A stretch of 64,000 nucleotides of DNA from Dehalococcoidia bacterium (GTDB lineage: Bacteria > Chloroflexota > Dehalococcoidia > Lucifugimonadales > UBA3495). Shown here one piece after another: positions 56,337 to 64,000 of the stretch. Numbering within the stretch: the first letter of the stretch is position 1; every line of letters begins with the position of its first letter. The notes beneath the pieces were generated by a model. It saw only the letters and a program-made list of their open reading frames with translations. It had not been told where the DNA came from and ran no database searches. The translations under genes were made by a program, and so were the position numbers. The stretch is from contig JAGWBI010000001.1 of NCBI GenBank assembly GCA_021295965.1, positions 11,420 through 75,419 of the forward strand, given 5' to 3'.

Positions 56337-56915
56337 TCAGAACTCGATGCCGGGCTGTGCCTTGATGCCGGCGTCGTAAGGATGCTTGACGACGTTCATC
56401 TCGGTCACCAAATCGGCGTATTCCACCAGCGCTGGCGGAGCGTGGCGTCCGGTGATGATGACGTGCTGCATATCCGGTCGGGCTTTCAAGGCGTCAACGA
56501 CATCCTCCACCGGCAGCCATCCGTAGTGCATGGGGTAGGTGAACTCGTCGAGGATAACCAGATCGTACTCGCCGCCCGCGATGACCTCTTTGGCGTCTTC
56601 CCACAAGGCGCGGGCCAGGTCGGCGCTGGCATCCAGATCCTGAGAACGCCAGGTGAAACCGTCTCCCATAGCGCGGACGGTTATACCCATCTTCTGGGCC
56701 GCCCGCTGCTCCCCAAAGTTGGCGGTGGTGTGCTTGATGAACTGGAGCATCACGACTTTCATGTCGCGGCCCCAGGCCCGCATCAGCACACCCATGGCAG
56801 CAGTGGTCTTGCCCTTTCCGTTGCCGGTGTTCACGATCACCAACCCCTTGTTGATGCGTGGCCCCCGCACGGACTGGGGTCCGTGGCGTGTTTCCTGAGT
56901 AGTCATATCAGCCAT
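56337..56915 (-). CDS. cobO: Cob(I)yrinic acid a,c-diamide adenosyltransferase
   Basis: Start MADMTTQ at 56915 after an [30 protein letters not shown]. Confidence 0.85.
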   Translation of the reverse strand: MADMTTQETRHGPQSVRGPRINKGLVIVNTGNGKGKTTAAMGVLMRAWGRDMKVVMLQFIKHTTANFGEQRAAQKMGITVRAMGDGFTWRSQDLDASADLARALWEDAKEVIAGGEYDLVILDEFTYPMHYGWLPVEDVVDALKARPDMQHVIITGRHAPPALVEYADLVTEMNVVKHPYDAGIKAQPGIEF

Positions 56916-56955
56916 TCTCCTTGTCGCGTTATCCCGCCGACGCCGCTCAGTGATT

Positions 56956-57633
56956 TCATGGAACGTTGTCAAAAATGCGCTCCCGCACATCGAACACGAA
57001 ACCGGGCAGCACGTCGCCGCCGTCCAAAGTCTCCGGGTCTTGCAGCATTTCGGGCTCCGCGTCGGGGCGGTAAATGGTCACGGTACGATTGGTCGGATGT
57101 ATAACCCAAATGAGTCGAGCGCCCCCTTCAAGATAACGCCTCACTTTGTCCACCAGTTCGGGTCCCCGGTTGGATGGTGAAATAATCTCGGCCACAAAAT
57201 CGGGAGTGAACCTCGCGAAAGGTGGCGTGCGGGACTCCGTTGGCAGAGCGTTCCAACGCTCCCAAGAGAACCAGTAGGCATCCGGTCCGCGCAGAGACCC
57301 GTCGGTGAGCCAAAAGCGGGCAGTAGGGCCGCCGGCTCGCCCACCGAAATCATGGGACCACATGACTACCCCGGCGACCAATTCGACCTCATACCATTCT
57401 CCGGGGAATCCCGTAGGAGGCATAATCTTCAATTCTCCCTGCTCAGTGATTTCAAAATCCCCCACCGAGTCCTTGTTCCGCTCCGCGAATCCCTCAAACC
57501 ATGAGTCAAGGTCCGGGCTGTCCAGTGATTGCCCGAATTCAGACAGCGGTATCAGGATATAGCCGTTGAAGTCGGACGGCAGCCTTGCAGCGTCCCCAGT
57601 TACGGATCGAACCTTCGCTGGCGCGGTGGTCAT
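56956..57633 (-). CDS. Uma2 (DUF820) family PD-(D/E)xK endonuclease
   Basis: [12 protein letters not shown]...[10 protein letters not shown] is the Uma2 D...E-x-x-S core. Start MTTAPAK at 57633 forms an ATGA overlap with the cbiA/cobB stop. Confidence 0.75.
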   Translation of the reverse strand: MTTAPAKVRSVTGDAARLPSDFNGYILIPLSEFGQSLDSPDLDSWFEGFAERNKDSVGDFEITEQGELKIMPPTGFPGEWYEVELVAGVVMWSHDFGGRAGGPTARFWLTDGSLRGPDAYWFSWERWNALPTESRTPPFARFTPDFVAEIISPSNRGPELVDKVRRYLEGGARLIWVIHPTNRTVTIYRPDAEPEMLQDPETLDGGDVLPGFVFDVRERIFDNVP

Positions 57634-59012
57634 TTTGCGCTCCTCTCCTGTGCGGCCGCGCAGGTGTCCACGAACCGCTTGGCCAGGCCCGGCCGGCTGC
57701 CCAGATGCACGTGAATATAAGACGCCCACACGCTTCCGGAGCGGAATCCCTCGGGTCGCCCATCCTGATTCACCACCTGATAAGCAGAGCTAACAGCGTC
57801 GGGCGGTTCCTGGAGCACCGACCAGTGGAACTCATGGCCGCGCACCTGTTGGCCGGCGGTGAGGAGCGGGCCGTCGCCGGAGGCTGCCACTTCCCGGTAA
57901 CCCAGGTGCAGCCGCCGGCCTTCCATGGACGAAACCACCGGAATGGCGCCCACCATGGGATATTGTTTCCCGTCCAAATCAGACAGGCTCCGGCCCAGGT
58001 ACATCAAGCCGCCGCACTCGGCGTACATGGGGATGTTCCTATCGACTGCTTCGCGCATTGAAGTCAGCATCCCTACGTTTGCCGATAACTCCCCCGCAAA
58101 TAGTTCCGGAAAACCTCCCCCCAGATAGATTCCGCCGACGCCCTCCGGTAACGCGGCGTCGTCCAGCGGCGAAAACGGCACGATCTCGGCGCCCCAGGCC
58201 GTCAGCAAATCCAGAGAGTCCTGATAGTAAAAAGAGAAGGCCCGATCCTGGGCGACGGCGATAGTGGCCCGGGTCGGCTGAGGGTCCGCCGGAAAAACTT
58301 GGGCGCCGGCTCGCGCTGGGCGGCCAGCGGTCGCGGCGATGCGGATGATGGCATCCAGGTCGATGGTCTGCTCAATCTGCACGTTGAGGGCCTCGTACCA
58401 TTCGTTGACTACCGTGCCTTCCACGGTGGGAATGAGACCCAGATGTCGCTCCGGTTGCACCAGGTCGTCCCGACGCGGCAGCCATCCGACTACGGGCAAG
58501 CCGGTCGTGGCCTCCACTTGCGGTTGGCAAAACTCCAGGTGCCGCTCGCTGCCCACGCCGTTGAGGATGACGCCGGCGATGCGGAGGTCAGGGTCGAACT
58601 GCTGGTAACCCAATACTTCGGCTGCCACGCTGCGGGCCACCTTGCCGGCGTCGGCGATCAGGATTACCGGCGCGTCCAGCAGCTTGGCCAGTTCCGCGGT
58701 GGAACCATCCTCGTCCAGCGAAGAATGACCATCAAATACGCCCATGACGCCTTCCACCACGGCGATGTCCGCGGCGCCGGCAGCCCGATCAAACAACTCT
58801 GCAACCACCGGGTGGGGCAGCAACCAGGTGTCCAGGTTGCGGGACGGCACACCACACGCGACGCGATGATAAGTCGGGTCAATGTAATCAGGGCCCGCTT
58901 TGAAGGGCTGAACTCGCATACCCCTGCGGGCCAGGGCGCCCATTATTCCGCTGGCGATGGTGGTTTTCCCGACGCCGGAACGGACACCGGCGATTACGAT
59001 GGCGGAGGTCAT
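57630..59012 (-). CDS. cbiA: Cobyrinate a,c-diamide synthase
   Basis: GVRSGVGKTTIASGIMGALARRG...FKAGPDYIDPTYH and a C-terminal glutamine amidotransferase (YAECGGLMYL). Confidence 0.85.
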   Translation of the reverse strand: MTSAIVIAGVRSGVGKTTIASGIMGALARRGMRVQPFKAGPDYIDPTYHRVACGVPSRNLDTWLLPHPVVAELFDRAAGAADIAVVEGVMGVFDGHSSLDEDGSTAELAKLLDAPVILIADAGKVARSVAAEVLGYQQFDPDLRIAGVILNGVGSERHLEFCQPQVEATTGLPVVGWLPRRDDLVQPERHLGLIPTVEGTVVNEWYEALNVQIEQTIDLDAIIRIAATAGRPARAGAQVFPADPQPTRATIAVAQDRAFSFYYQDSLDLLTAWGAEIVPFSPLDDAALPEGVGGIYLGGGFPELFAGELSANVGMLTSMREAVDRNIPMYAECGGLMYLGRSLSDLDGKQYPMVGAIPVVSSMEGRRLHLGYREVAASGDGPLLTAGQQVRGHEFHWSVLQEPPDAVSSAYQVVNQDGRPEGFRSGSVWASYIHVHLGSRPGLAKRFVDTCAAAQERSAK

Positions 59013-59030
59013 ATTGGTTGCATGTTCCGG

Positions 59031-59058
59031 GTAGGGGCGAATAATTATTCGCCCCTAC
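59031..59058. repeat. Perfect 28-bp palindrome GTAGGGGCGAATAATTATTCGCCCCTAC (copy 2)
   Basis: Identical to 46400..46427. Here too its CTA provides the TAG stop of the upstream minus-strand gene. Confidence 0.85.
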
Positions 59059-59513
59059 GGGTGTTCCCCAGCCGCACCGTATGGGTCAATCGGTAGCGCG
59101 ATTTTCTCCGGATACTTCTCCAGCAACGACATGAAGAAGTTGTGGCGTGGCGGATTGGTGGCGTCGTCATCTGACTTGCGAAGATAGACGCGCATGGCCG
59201 GATTGCCGTCGCCGTCGCGCATCCACAACTGGTAGGACGGAAGACCCTGGTCGTTGGTGGTGTGGATGAATTCCGCCTCGCGGATTTTCGACATATCCAG
59301 GTGCATATGCGTGCCACCGGGCACCATAAGTGTAACGATACGACCGTCGGGAGTGAACCGCAGATCATCGAAATCCATGTAAACCTCGGCTGACGCCGCG
59401 GTGCTCTCGAGCATTACTACCACTTCATTGAACCCGATGCTGTCCATGCCGTCCCGGCATTCCTCCAGGATCGTGCGGAGCATAACATCCGTCGCTTCAG
59501 CCATCCTTTTCAC
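59055..59513 (-). CDS. ChuX/HutX-like tetrapyrrole-binding protein (tentative)
   Basis: GGTHMHLDMSKIREAEFIHTTNDQGLPSYQLWMRDGDGNPAMRVYLRKSDD resembles V. cholerae HutX LHGHLKLENISHVALVSKPFMGRESHYFGFFTAQGENAFKIYLGRDE (from memory). It is the first gene behind the B12 riboswitch. Confidence 0.4.
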   Translation of the reverse strand: MKRMAEATDVMLRTILEECRDGMDSIGFNEVVVMLESTAASAEVYMDFDDLRFTPDGRIVTLMVPGGTHMHLDMSKIREAEFIHTTNDQGLPSYQLWMRDGDGNPAMRVYLRKSDDDATNPPRHNFFMSLLEKYPEKIALPIDPYGAAGEHP

Positions 59514-59674
59514 CTCTCACGGAAATTCGGAACCCTGCGATCGCCAACGTTGCGTGGCTCAGATTATGAACCAGCATTGGCGGCAAGGCAAATCATCGAA
59601 TGCGCGCCCCAGCGGGCCGGAGGAGGAGGAGACCGGTCCGCCGGAGCAGCGCGGGATGTATTATCAAAAGGGAA

Positions 59675-59709
59675 GCAAACAAAAACCCGACTGCTAAAGC
59701 GCAGTCGGG
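59675..59709 (-). terminator. Intrinsic terminator, probable expression platform of the cobalamin riboswitch
   Basis: On the minus strand, CCCGACTGC-GCTTTA-GCAGTCGGG is followed by TTTTTGTTTG. It lies between the B12 box and the first gene. Confidence 0.55.
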
Positions 59710-59794
59710 TGAGATAGCCTCGGTAGGTTTGGGTAAATCAGGTTCATACCAGAGAGTCTGCCCACTCGTTCCGCGAAGTGCAGCTAGATAACGC

Positions 59795-60005
59795 CCGCGG
59801 CAGGCCTCCTGGCTCATGGCTCGTGACGACGTTCCTCCGCCTTCCCATCCGCGGTGAGCGGACAGTGGCTGGCGATTCGCGCCTCGTCAATCAGAAATCG
59901 TGACGGACGCGAACGGGAGGACATCTTGCCAATTACAGTGGCGGGACCGCACCGGATTTACACCGGATTTCCTTTTCAGCCTGTCTTCTGCGTCCAGATA
60001 TTCCG
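59795..60005 (-). promoter_or_regulatory. Cobalamin (B12) riboswitch aptamer
   Basis: The minus strand reads AAAAGGAAATCCGGTGTAAATCCGGTGCGGTCCCGCCACTGTAATTGG ... GCCACTGTCCGCTCACCGCGGATGGGAAGGCGG ... GAGCCAGGAGGCCTGCC (B12 box at 59799-59815). Boundaries are approximate. Confidence 0.75.
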
Positions 60006-60127
60006 CAGAGAGCAGACCACCGCCGGGCTTTGACGATTATTCCGTTGTTAACGCTCGAAGGGTAGCAGGTCCGGGCCGTTGGGTCAATGGCGTTTCTGAT
60101 CTCAAGCGCACCCACTTTCTCCAACCT

Positions 60128-60226
60128 GTCATTGCGGGTCCGCCTCCGGCGGATGGCAATCTCGCTGCCCAAGGGTCCGCCGCTCAGACTGAGCGATTGC
60201 CGCGTCGCTCCGCCCCTCGCAAAGAT
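60128..60226. mobile_element. MITE-like palindromic element, copy 4 (degenerate right end)
   Basis: GTCATTGCGGGTCC...GGATGGCAATCTCGC...GAGCGATTGCCGCG...CCCCTCGCAAAGAT. Confidence 0.5.
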
Positions 60227-60407
60227 AAACTGGGTACGCGTAAGCGTTTCTAATGAGTAGCTGCTGATGCCCGGCACAGCGCGTCCAGAACGGGCGAAGG
60301 CAACAGCGGCACTTGTTCACGGAGCCCGCAGTCCCTACCGCTCGTCTTGCGCTTCGACCTCGACACGGCGAGCGGAACGCGCATTTGGGCCGATTAAAGC
60401 ACGGAGT

Positions 60408-60482
60408 TGGTGGAGGCTAGGGGATTCGAACCCCTGACCCCCTGCTTGCAAAGCAGGTGCTCTCCCACTGAGCTAAGCCCCC
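60408..60482 (-). tRNA. tRNA-Ala (anticodon UGC), CCA encoded
   Basis: The reverse complement is GGGGGCTTAGCTCAGTGGGAGAGCACCTGCTTTGCAAGCAGGGGGTCAGGGGTTCGAATCCCCTAGCCTCCACCA. It has the G3:U70 identity pair, a TTCGAAT T-loop and a CT-TGC-AA anticodon loop. Confidence 0.9.
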
Positions 60483-60548
60483 GGGTCGTAACATGCTACG
60501 GCGCTGACCGTGAATCAATACTAACATCTACGCCCGCGCGCCGGCCAA

Positions 60549-61580
60549 TCATAAGTCCATAATCAACACCCACATCGGGGCTCGACCAATGTCATACACC
60601 TCCAACGGTTCCAGTTGTCCGGTCTCCTGGTTGATCCGGTAGGATGCCAGCCGGCCTGAATCCAGGCCAGACGCAAAAAGATAGTTTCCACTCAGGTCCA
60701 GGCTGAAGGCCCGGGGCACCGGCTCCGTCGCCGTCTGCCCCAGGGGAGTTAGACCGCCGTCGGACTCGTCCACGGCAAAGCCGGCGACGCTGTTGTGCCC
60801 CCGGTTGGGCGCGTATAGAAACCGGCCCGACGGCGTGATCTGTATCTGCGAGCAAGTGTTGCGCTCCATGAACCCCTCCGGCAGCGTGGGAACGGTCTGG
60901 AAGGGCGACAGGGTGCCGGCTTCCGCGTCGAAACTGTACGCGGTGACGCTGCACCCCTGTTCGTTCGAGGAGTACGCCACGTTGAGATTGGGATTGAAGC
61001 AGATGTGCCTCGGCCCCTCCGGTGAGGTGGGCACGGCCCGGTCGGGAGTGTTCGGAGTGAGCTGGCCTGTCGATTCGTCAAACCTGAATTGGAAGATGGC
61101 GTTGGGCCCCGTCTGCGATCCCTCGGCGATGTGCGGTACGAAGGCGTAGCGATTGGAGGCGTCGGTCTGTATGTAATGAGCGCCTATTCCGGTTTCCCGC
61201 CATTCAATCGGCGCCGGGTTCAGATGTCCTTCGCCGTCGAAGCCGTGCACGCCCACCCGCGCCTGGTAGTAGTAGGCGGACAGCAGGTAGTTCCCGGTAC
61301 GGTCGGTGGAGATATGCACCGGGTTCCCGTCCAGGTTGATGTCGTTAATTCGCTCGAGGTCACCGCTCCCGGTTTCAATACGGTACGACGTAAGACCGAA
61401 CTCCCCAGGCCGTCTCCGCCCAACGAAGAGGAAACGGCGCCCTGGATCCGTAGCCATCGGCGCCGGCATTCCGGCCAGCGCGTATTCAACGCGGTTGCTC
61501 AGACCGCCCGTCGCCTGGTTCAGGTCATAGCGGGCGATGATGTCGTCGTCTTGCAGTGATACGTACAGATAGGTAGCCAT
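60549..61580 (-). CDS. Lactonase family protein (7-bladed beta-propeller, 6-phosphogluconolactonase-like)
   Basis: MATYLYVSLQDDDIIARYDL... with a repeated blade pattern and length typical of the family. Confidence 0.75.
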   Translation of the reverse strand: MATYLYVSLQDDDIIARYDLNQATGGLSNRVEYALAGMPAPMATDPGRRFLFVGRRRPGEFGLTSYRIETGSGDLERINDINLDGNPVHISTDRTGNYLLSAYYYQARVGVHGFDGEGHLNPAPIEWRETGIGAHYIQTDASNRYAFVPHIAEGSQTGPNAIFQFRFDESTGQLTPNTPDRAVPTSPEGPRHICFNPNLNVAYSSNEQGCSVTAYSFDAEAGTLSPFQTVPTLPEGFMERNTCSQIQITPSGRFLYAPNRGHNSVAGFAVDESDGGLTPLGQTATEPVPRAFSLDLSGNYLFASGLDSGRLASYRINQETGQLEPLEVYDIGRAPMWVLIMDL

Positions 61581-61592
61581 CTCAATAACCTC

Positions 61593-62768
61593 CTATTCCA
61601 TCACCCGGGCGTCGGGCAGGCCCAGCAGGAATTGGCCGTGATTCTCGTAGGCGGTGTCGCTGACCATCTGGTGCTGCGCCGCCGCGTGGACGTCGCGGAG
61701 ACACTGCTGCAATATGCTGTTGGTGAATAGCGCCGCGCCCCCTCCGTAGTGAAAAGCCCTGGAGGTCACGTCAACCGCCACGTCGGTGGTGTAGGTGGCG
61801 CAGCTTCGCATCTGGGCCTGCAACGGTGGTGGCGGAGTATGGCCGGCGCACACCGATTGCCACGCCTCTTCCAGTACTTCCACGTTCAGCGAACGGGCCG
61901 CCCGCAGGCGCATATCGCCCTCGCCCAGCGCCCCCTGGAACGCCGGCCGGTTCGCCAGCAGGTTCACGGAGTTGTACCCCCGCGTCTTGGATGCCGCCAC
62001 CTCGGTCACCGCGTCCAGCGCCCGCCGTGCCACGCCCAGCGCGAAGGCCGAATGCTCGTTGGTGACGAACGCAGGCCGGCCCAGGCGGTATAACGCGCCG
62101 CCCCGTGTCGGCTCCGTCAACGTCGAGTCCCAGGCAAAACCGTTGGGTACGAACAGGTCATCCACCGAGAAGTCGCAGCTTCCGGTGCCGCGCAGGCCCA
62201 TCACCTGCCAGTTGTCGTGAACCTTCACCTTATGACGGGGCATGATCACCCGTAGCTGACGCGGATAACCCTCAAACCCGCTGGCCACCCGGGCGCCGGC
62301 GGAGACCCACTCGGAGTGCTGTATCCCGCTTCCAAACTGCCAGCGTCCGGTGACCCGGTAGCCGCCGTCAACGGGCGTGGCCGTTCCGGAGGGCGCGGCG
62401 GCTCCCGCCACCTTGGGCGGCCGGCCACCCACAAAAACTTCCTCAATGGAATCATCGGGGAGAAAGGCTGACATACCCCCAAGGCTGGCCGCGCCGATCA
62501 TCAGGCACCAGCCCGAGGACGGATCGATCCGGCTCACCGCCTCCAGCACGTCCAACTGCGTAACCAGGTCGGCCTCGGCGCCGCCCAGCACCTGCGGCAT
62601 TTTCAGGCGCAGCAGGCCCGATTCATACAGCGCCACCACCGACGCCGGCGACAGCGTGCCGATACGTTCCGACTCCTCCGCTCCAGCCTCCAGCGTGTCC
62701 CGCACGCTCTCCACCGCCTCCATCAGGACGCGATGCTTCTCTTCTCGGTCATGGGGAAATCCGTTCAT
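61593..62768 (-). CDS. Acyl-CoA dehydrogenase family protein
   Basis: Start MNGFPHD at 62768; the listed longer start runs into MITE copy 5. ACAD three-domain pattern, with a C-terminal QHQMVSDTAYENHGQ helix region. Confidence 0.75.
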   Translation of the reverse strand: MNGFPHDREEKHRVLMEAVESVRDTLEAGAEESERIGTLSPASVVALYESGLLRLKMPQVLGGAEADLVTQLDVLEAVSRIDPSSGWCLMIGAASLGGMSAFLPDDSIEEVFVGGRPPKVAGAAAPSGTATPVDGGYRVTGRWQFGSGIQHSEWVSAGARVASGFEGYPRQLRVIMPRHKVKVHDNWQVMGLRGTGSCDFSVDDLFVPNGFAWDSTLTEPTRGGALYRLGRPAFVTNEHSAFALGVARRALDAVTEVAASKTRGYNSVNLLANRPAFQGALGEGDMRLRAARSLNVEVLEEAWQSVCAGHTPPPPLQAQMRSCATYTTDVAVDVTSRAFHYGGGAALFTNSILQQCLRDVHAAAQHQMVSDTAYENHGQFLLGLPDARVME

Positions 62769-62790
62769 TTCGCGTCGCTCACATTCGACT

Positions 62791-62881
62791 GTCATTGGGA
62801 ACAAAGCGCGGCAATCTCGTTGCGTTTGGAAACGCCGCTGGGTTTTGGAGATTGCCGCGTCACCGCGCTCCTCGCAATGAC
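62791..62881. mobile_element. MITE-like palindromic element, copy 5
   Basis: GTCATTGGGAACAAAGCGCGGCAATCTCG...GGAGATTGCCGCGTCACCGCGCTCCTCGCAATGAC. Confidence 0.6.
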
Positions 62882-62900
62882 GGGTCAGTACACCCCTATC

Positions 62901-63818
62901 CTAGTCATCCACCTTGGGCAGCACTTCCTGCACCAGCGCGTCCATGGTGTCCAGCAGTTGCTGCAGGTTGCCGCAGTCGTGGCAGTTGATCTGGAACTCC
63001 TCCAGCCCGGCTTCGTGCCGATACCGTTGCATGTCCGACACAATCTGGTCCGTGGTGCCGTACCCGGTCGGCCGGTCGCTTCCCGAGGTGGAATGGCCCG
63101 AGATGCTGCTGATGTTCACCCGGAAGCTCATCCGCACCCGTGGCGGTTCCTCCCGCCCGATCTCGGCGGACACGTCGTTGAGGTACTGCCAGTTGCTGAC
63201 CAGGCTCGTCAGCGGCGTCGGCGTGGGTTGCCAGACTTCCGCGAACCGCGCCGCTCGTCGCAGCGAGGCGTGGCTCGACCCACCGATCCAGATGGGCGGG
63301 TGGGGCTGCTGCACCGGCTTGGGGCTGGTGTACAACCTGTCAAAGGAGAAGAAACGCCCGTTGAAACTGACCGGATCCGGCTCCCAGCACGCTTTCCACA
63401 GGCGCAGATACTCGTTGGTGCGCGCGCCCCGCTCCCGGTGCGGCACGCCGAGCGCGTTGTATTCGTCTTCGTTCCAACCCGCTCCCACACCCACGATGGC
63501 CCGACCGTTGGACATCTGGTCCAGCGTGGCAATCATCTTGGCCGTTACCACCGGGTTGCGGTACGGCATGATCAGCACTGACGTGCCCAGCCCAATCCGC
63601 GACGTGCGCGACGCCACATAGGCCAACGACATCAGCGGGTCGTACACCTGCCGCCACGGTTCGCTCCGCGCCGAGCCATCCACGATAACGTGGTCGTTGA
63701 CGAACACGGCGTCAAACCCCAACTCGTCGGCCTTTACCGCCGTGTCGAGAATACCCTGCGCCGAGGCTTCAAAGCCCAGGTAGTCCGCGTTGGGCAACCG
63801 GAAAGAACACTTGACCAT
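62901..63818 (-). CDS. LLM-class (probably F420-dependent) oxidoreductase
   Basis: ADELGFDAVFVNDHV, VGVGAGWNEDEY and PHPPIWIGG motifs are typical of F420-dependent LLM enzymes. Confidence 0.8.
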   Translation of the reverse strand: MVKCSFRLPNADYLGFEASAQGILDTAVKADELGFDAVFVNDHVIVDGSARSEPWRQVYDPLMSLAYVASRTSRIGLGTSVLIMPYRNPVVTAKMIATLDQMSNGRAIVGVGAGWNEDEYNALGVPHRERGARTNEYLRLWKACWEPDPVSFNGRFFSFDRLYTSPKPVQQPHPPIWIGGSSHASLRRAARFAEVWQPTPTPLTSLVSNWQYLNDVSAEIGREEPPRVRMSFRVNISSISGHSTSGSDRPTGYGTTDQIVSDMQRYRHEAGLEEFQINCHDCGNLQQLLDTMDALVQEVLPKVDD

Positions 63819-63939
63819 TCAATACCACCTTCGGTTTGCTACCGCGTTTCAGCGTCATCATATTGCCATCGCCAAGTTGAAACAAGGGCAACCCTGGTGG
63901 ATAATTCCGATACGAAACCACCACAGGCGGAGGCTCACG

Positions 63940-64000
63940 ATGCCCAAATTCCGTATCGTTCCTCATGGCAGGCTTCAGGAATGGGTGGCCGAAGAAAAAG
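63940..64000 (+). CDS. 5' end of an unidentified CDS running off the window
   Basis: ATG at 63940 after GGCGGAGG. Translation MPKFRIVPHGRLQEWVAEEK. Only 20 codons are visible. Confidence 0.3.
   Translation, partial: MPKFRIVPHGRLQEWVAEEK

Noticed and set aside
59615-59645. A second B12-box-like string (GGAGGAGACCGGTCCGCC) in the cob leader.
   Set aside because: It is on the + strand, antisense to the operon, and has no accompanying aptamer elements. It is probably part of the leader secondary structure.
60233-60548. tRNA-Ala as an integration site for a mobile element carrying the adjacent genes.
   Set aside because: No integrase, no direct repeat of the tRNA 3' end, and the flanking genes (cob operon, lactonase) have host-like composition.
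1-64000. CRISPR arrays, rRNA genes, transposases, integrases and prophage structural genes.
   Set aside because: No spacer-repeat periodicity, no rRNA-like conserved stretches, and no ORF with DDE, tyrosine-recombinase or serine-recombinase motifs was seen.

Overview
This is a GC-rich bacterial chromosomal segment, roughly 60-65% GC by eye. The gene content, the repeat families and an acVLRF1-type gene suggest Chloroflexota, but that is inference, not proof. Coding density is high, and many long antisense shadow ORFs in the supplied track are not real genes.

Layout from left to right:
- 1-6.5 kb: a co-directional urea ABC transporter operon, urtABCDE, followed by glnA. glnA runs off the left edge and is missing from the ORF track.
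- 7-21.4 kb: a block of catabolic enzymes rich in paralogues (GMC and FAD/BBE oxidases, SDR, a BNR/sortilin-like protein, MmgE/PrpD, two VOC proteins, an MFS transporter, two family-III CoA-transferases).
- 21.4-25 kb: mutS2, preceded on the same strand by a dinJ antitoxin, a decayed yafQ-like toxin stub and a Vms1/VLRF1-type peptidyl-tRNA hydrolase.
- 25-29.6 kb: a DinB-tetrapyrrole-methylase-like fusion, a beta-hydroxyacid dehydrogenase and two LLM flavin oxidoreductases.
- 29.7-31.2 kb: an AT-shifted two-gene cassette, an ABC/AAA_21-like ATPase plus a small nuclease-like protein.
- 31.3-37.4 kb: sppA, mazG, a membrane protein, an FmdB zinc ribbon, a HerA-like ATPase with a small HAS-barrel-like partner, and panC.
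- 37.4-38.3 kb: an AT-rich mini-island with two orphan ORFs.
- 38.4-41.4 kb: etfBA and an aldo/keto reductase.
- 41.4-45.1 kb: an AT-shifted, translationally coupled operon built around an AIPR (abortive-infection) protein with three unknown small proteins, plus an adjacent transglutaminase-like gene.
- 45.1-51.5 kb: DUF1802, tag, tatD, a Pro/Thr-repeat lipoprotein, a globin gene stub, a VOC protein and a class-III aminotransferase.
- 51.5-60 kb: a cobalamin late-step operon (cobC-like, cobD, cbiB, cobS, cobT, cobO, an inserted Uma2 endonuclease, cbiA/cobB, a ChuX/HutX-like protein) behind a cobalamin riboswitch with an intrinsic terminator.
- 60-64 kb: tRNA-Ala(UGC), a lactonase, an acyl-CoA dehydrogenase-like protein and an F420/LLM oxidoreductase.

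Three small-repeat families are scattered in intergenic DNA:
- Five copies of a roughly 100-bp MITE-like element (GTCATTGCGAG...CTCGCAATGAC).
- A perfect 28-bp palindrome, GTAGGGGCGAATAATTATTCGCCCCTAC, present twice, plus one variant.
- A GGGCGGGTC/GACCCGCCC hairpin present twice.

I saw no CRISPR array, rRNA, integrase or transposase.

The best candidates for an undescribed system are the AIPR four-gene operon (42026-45121), the ATPase plus nuclease-like pair (29676-31183) and the VLRF1-dinJ-yafQ'-mutS2 ribosome-rescue-flavoured cluster (21395-25007).
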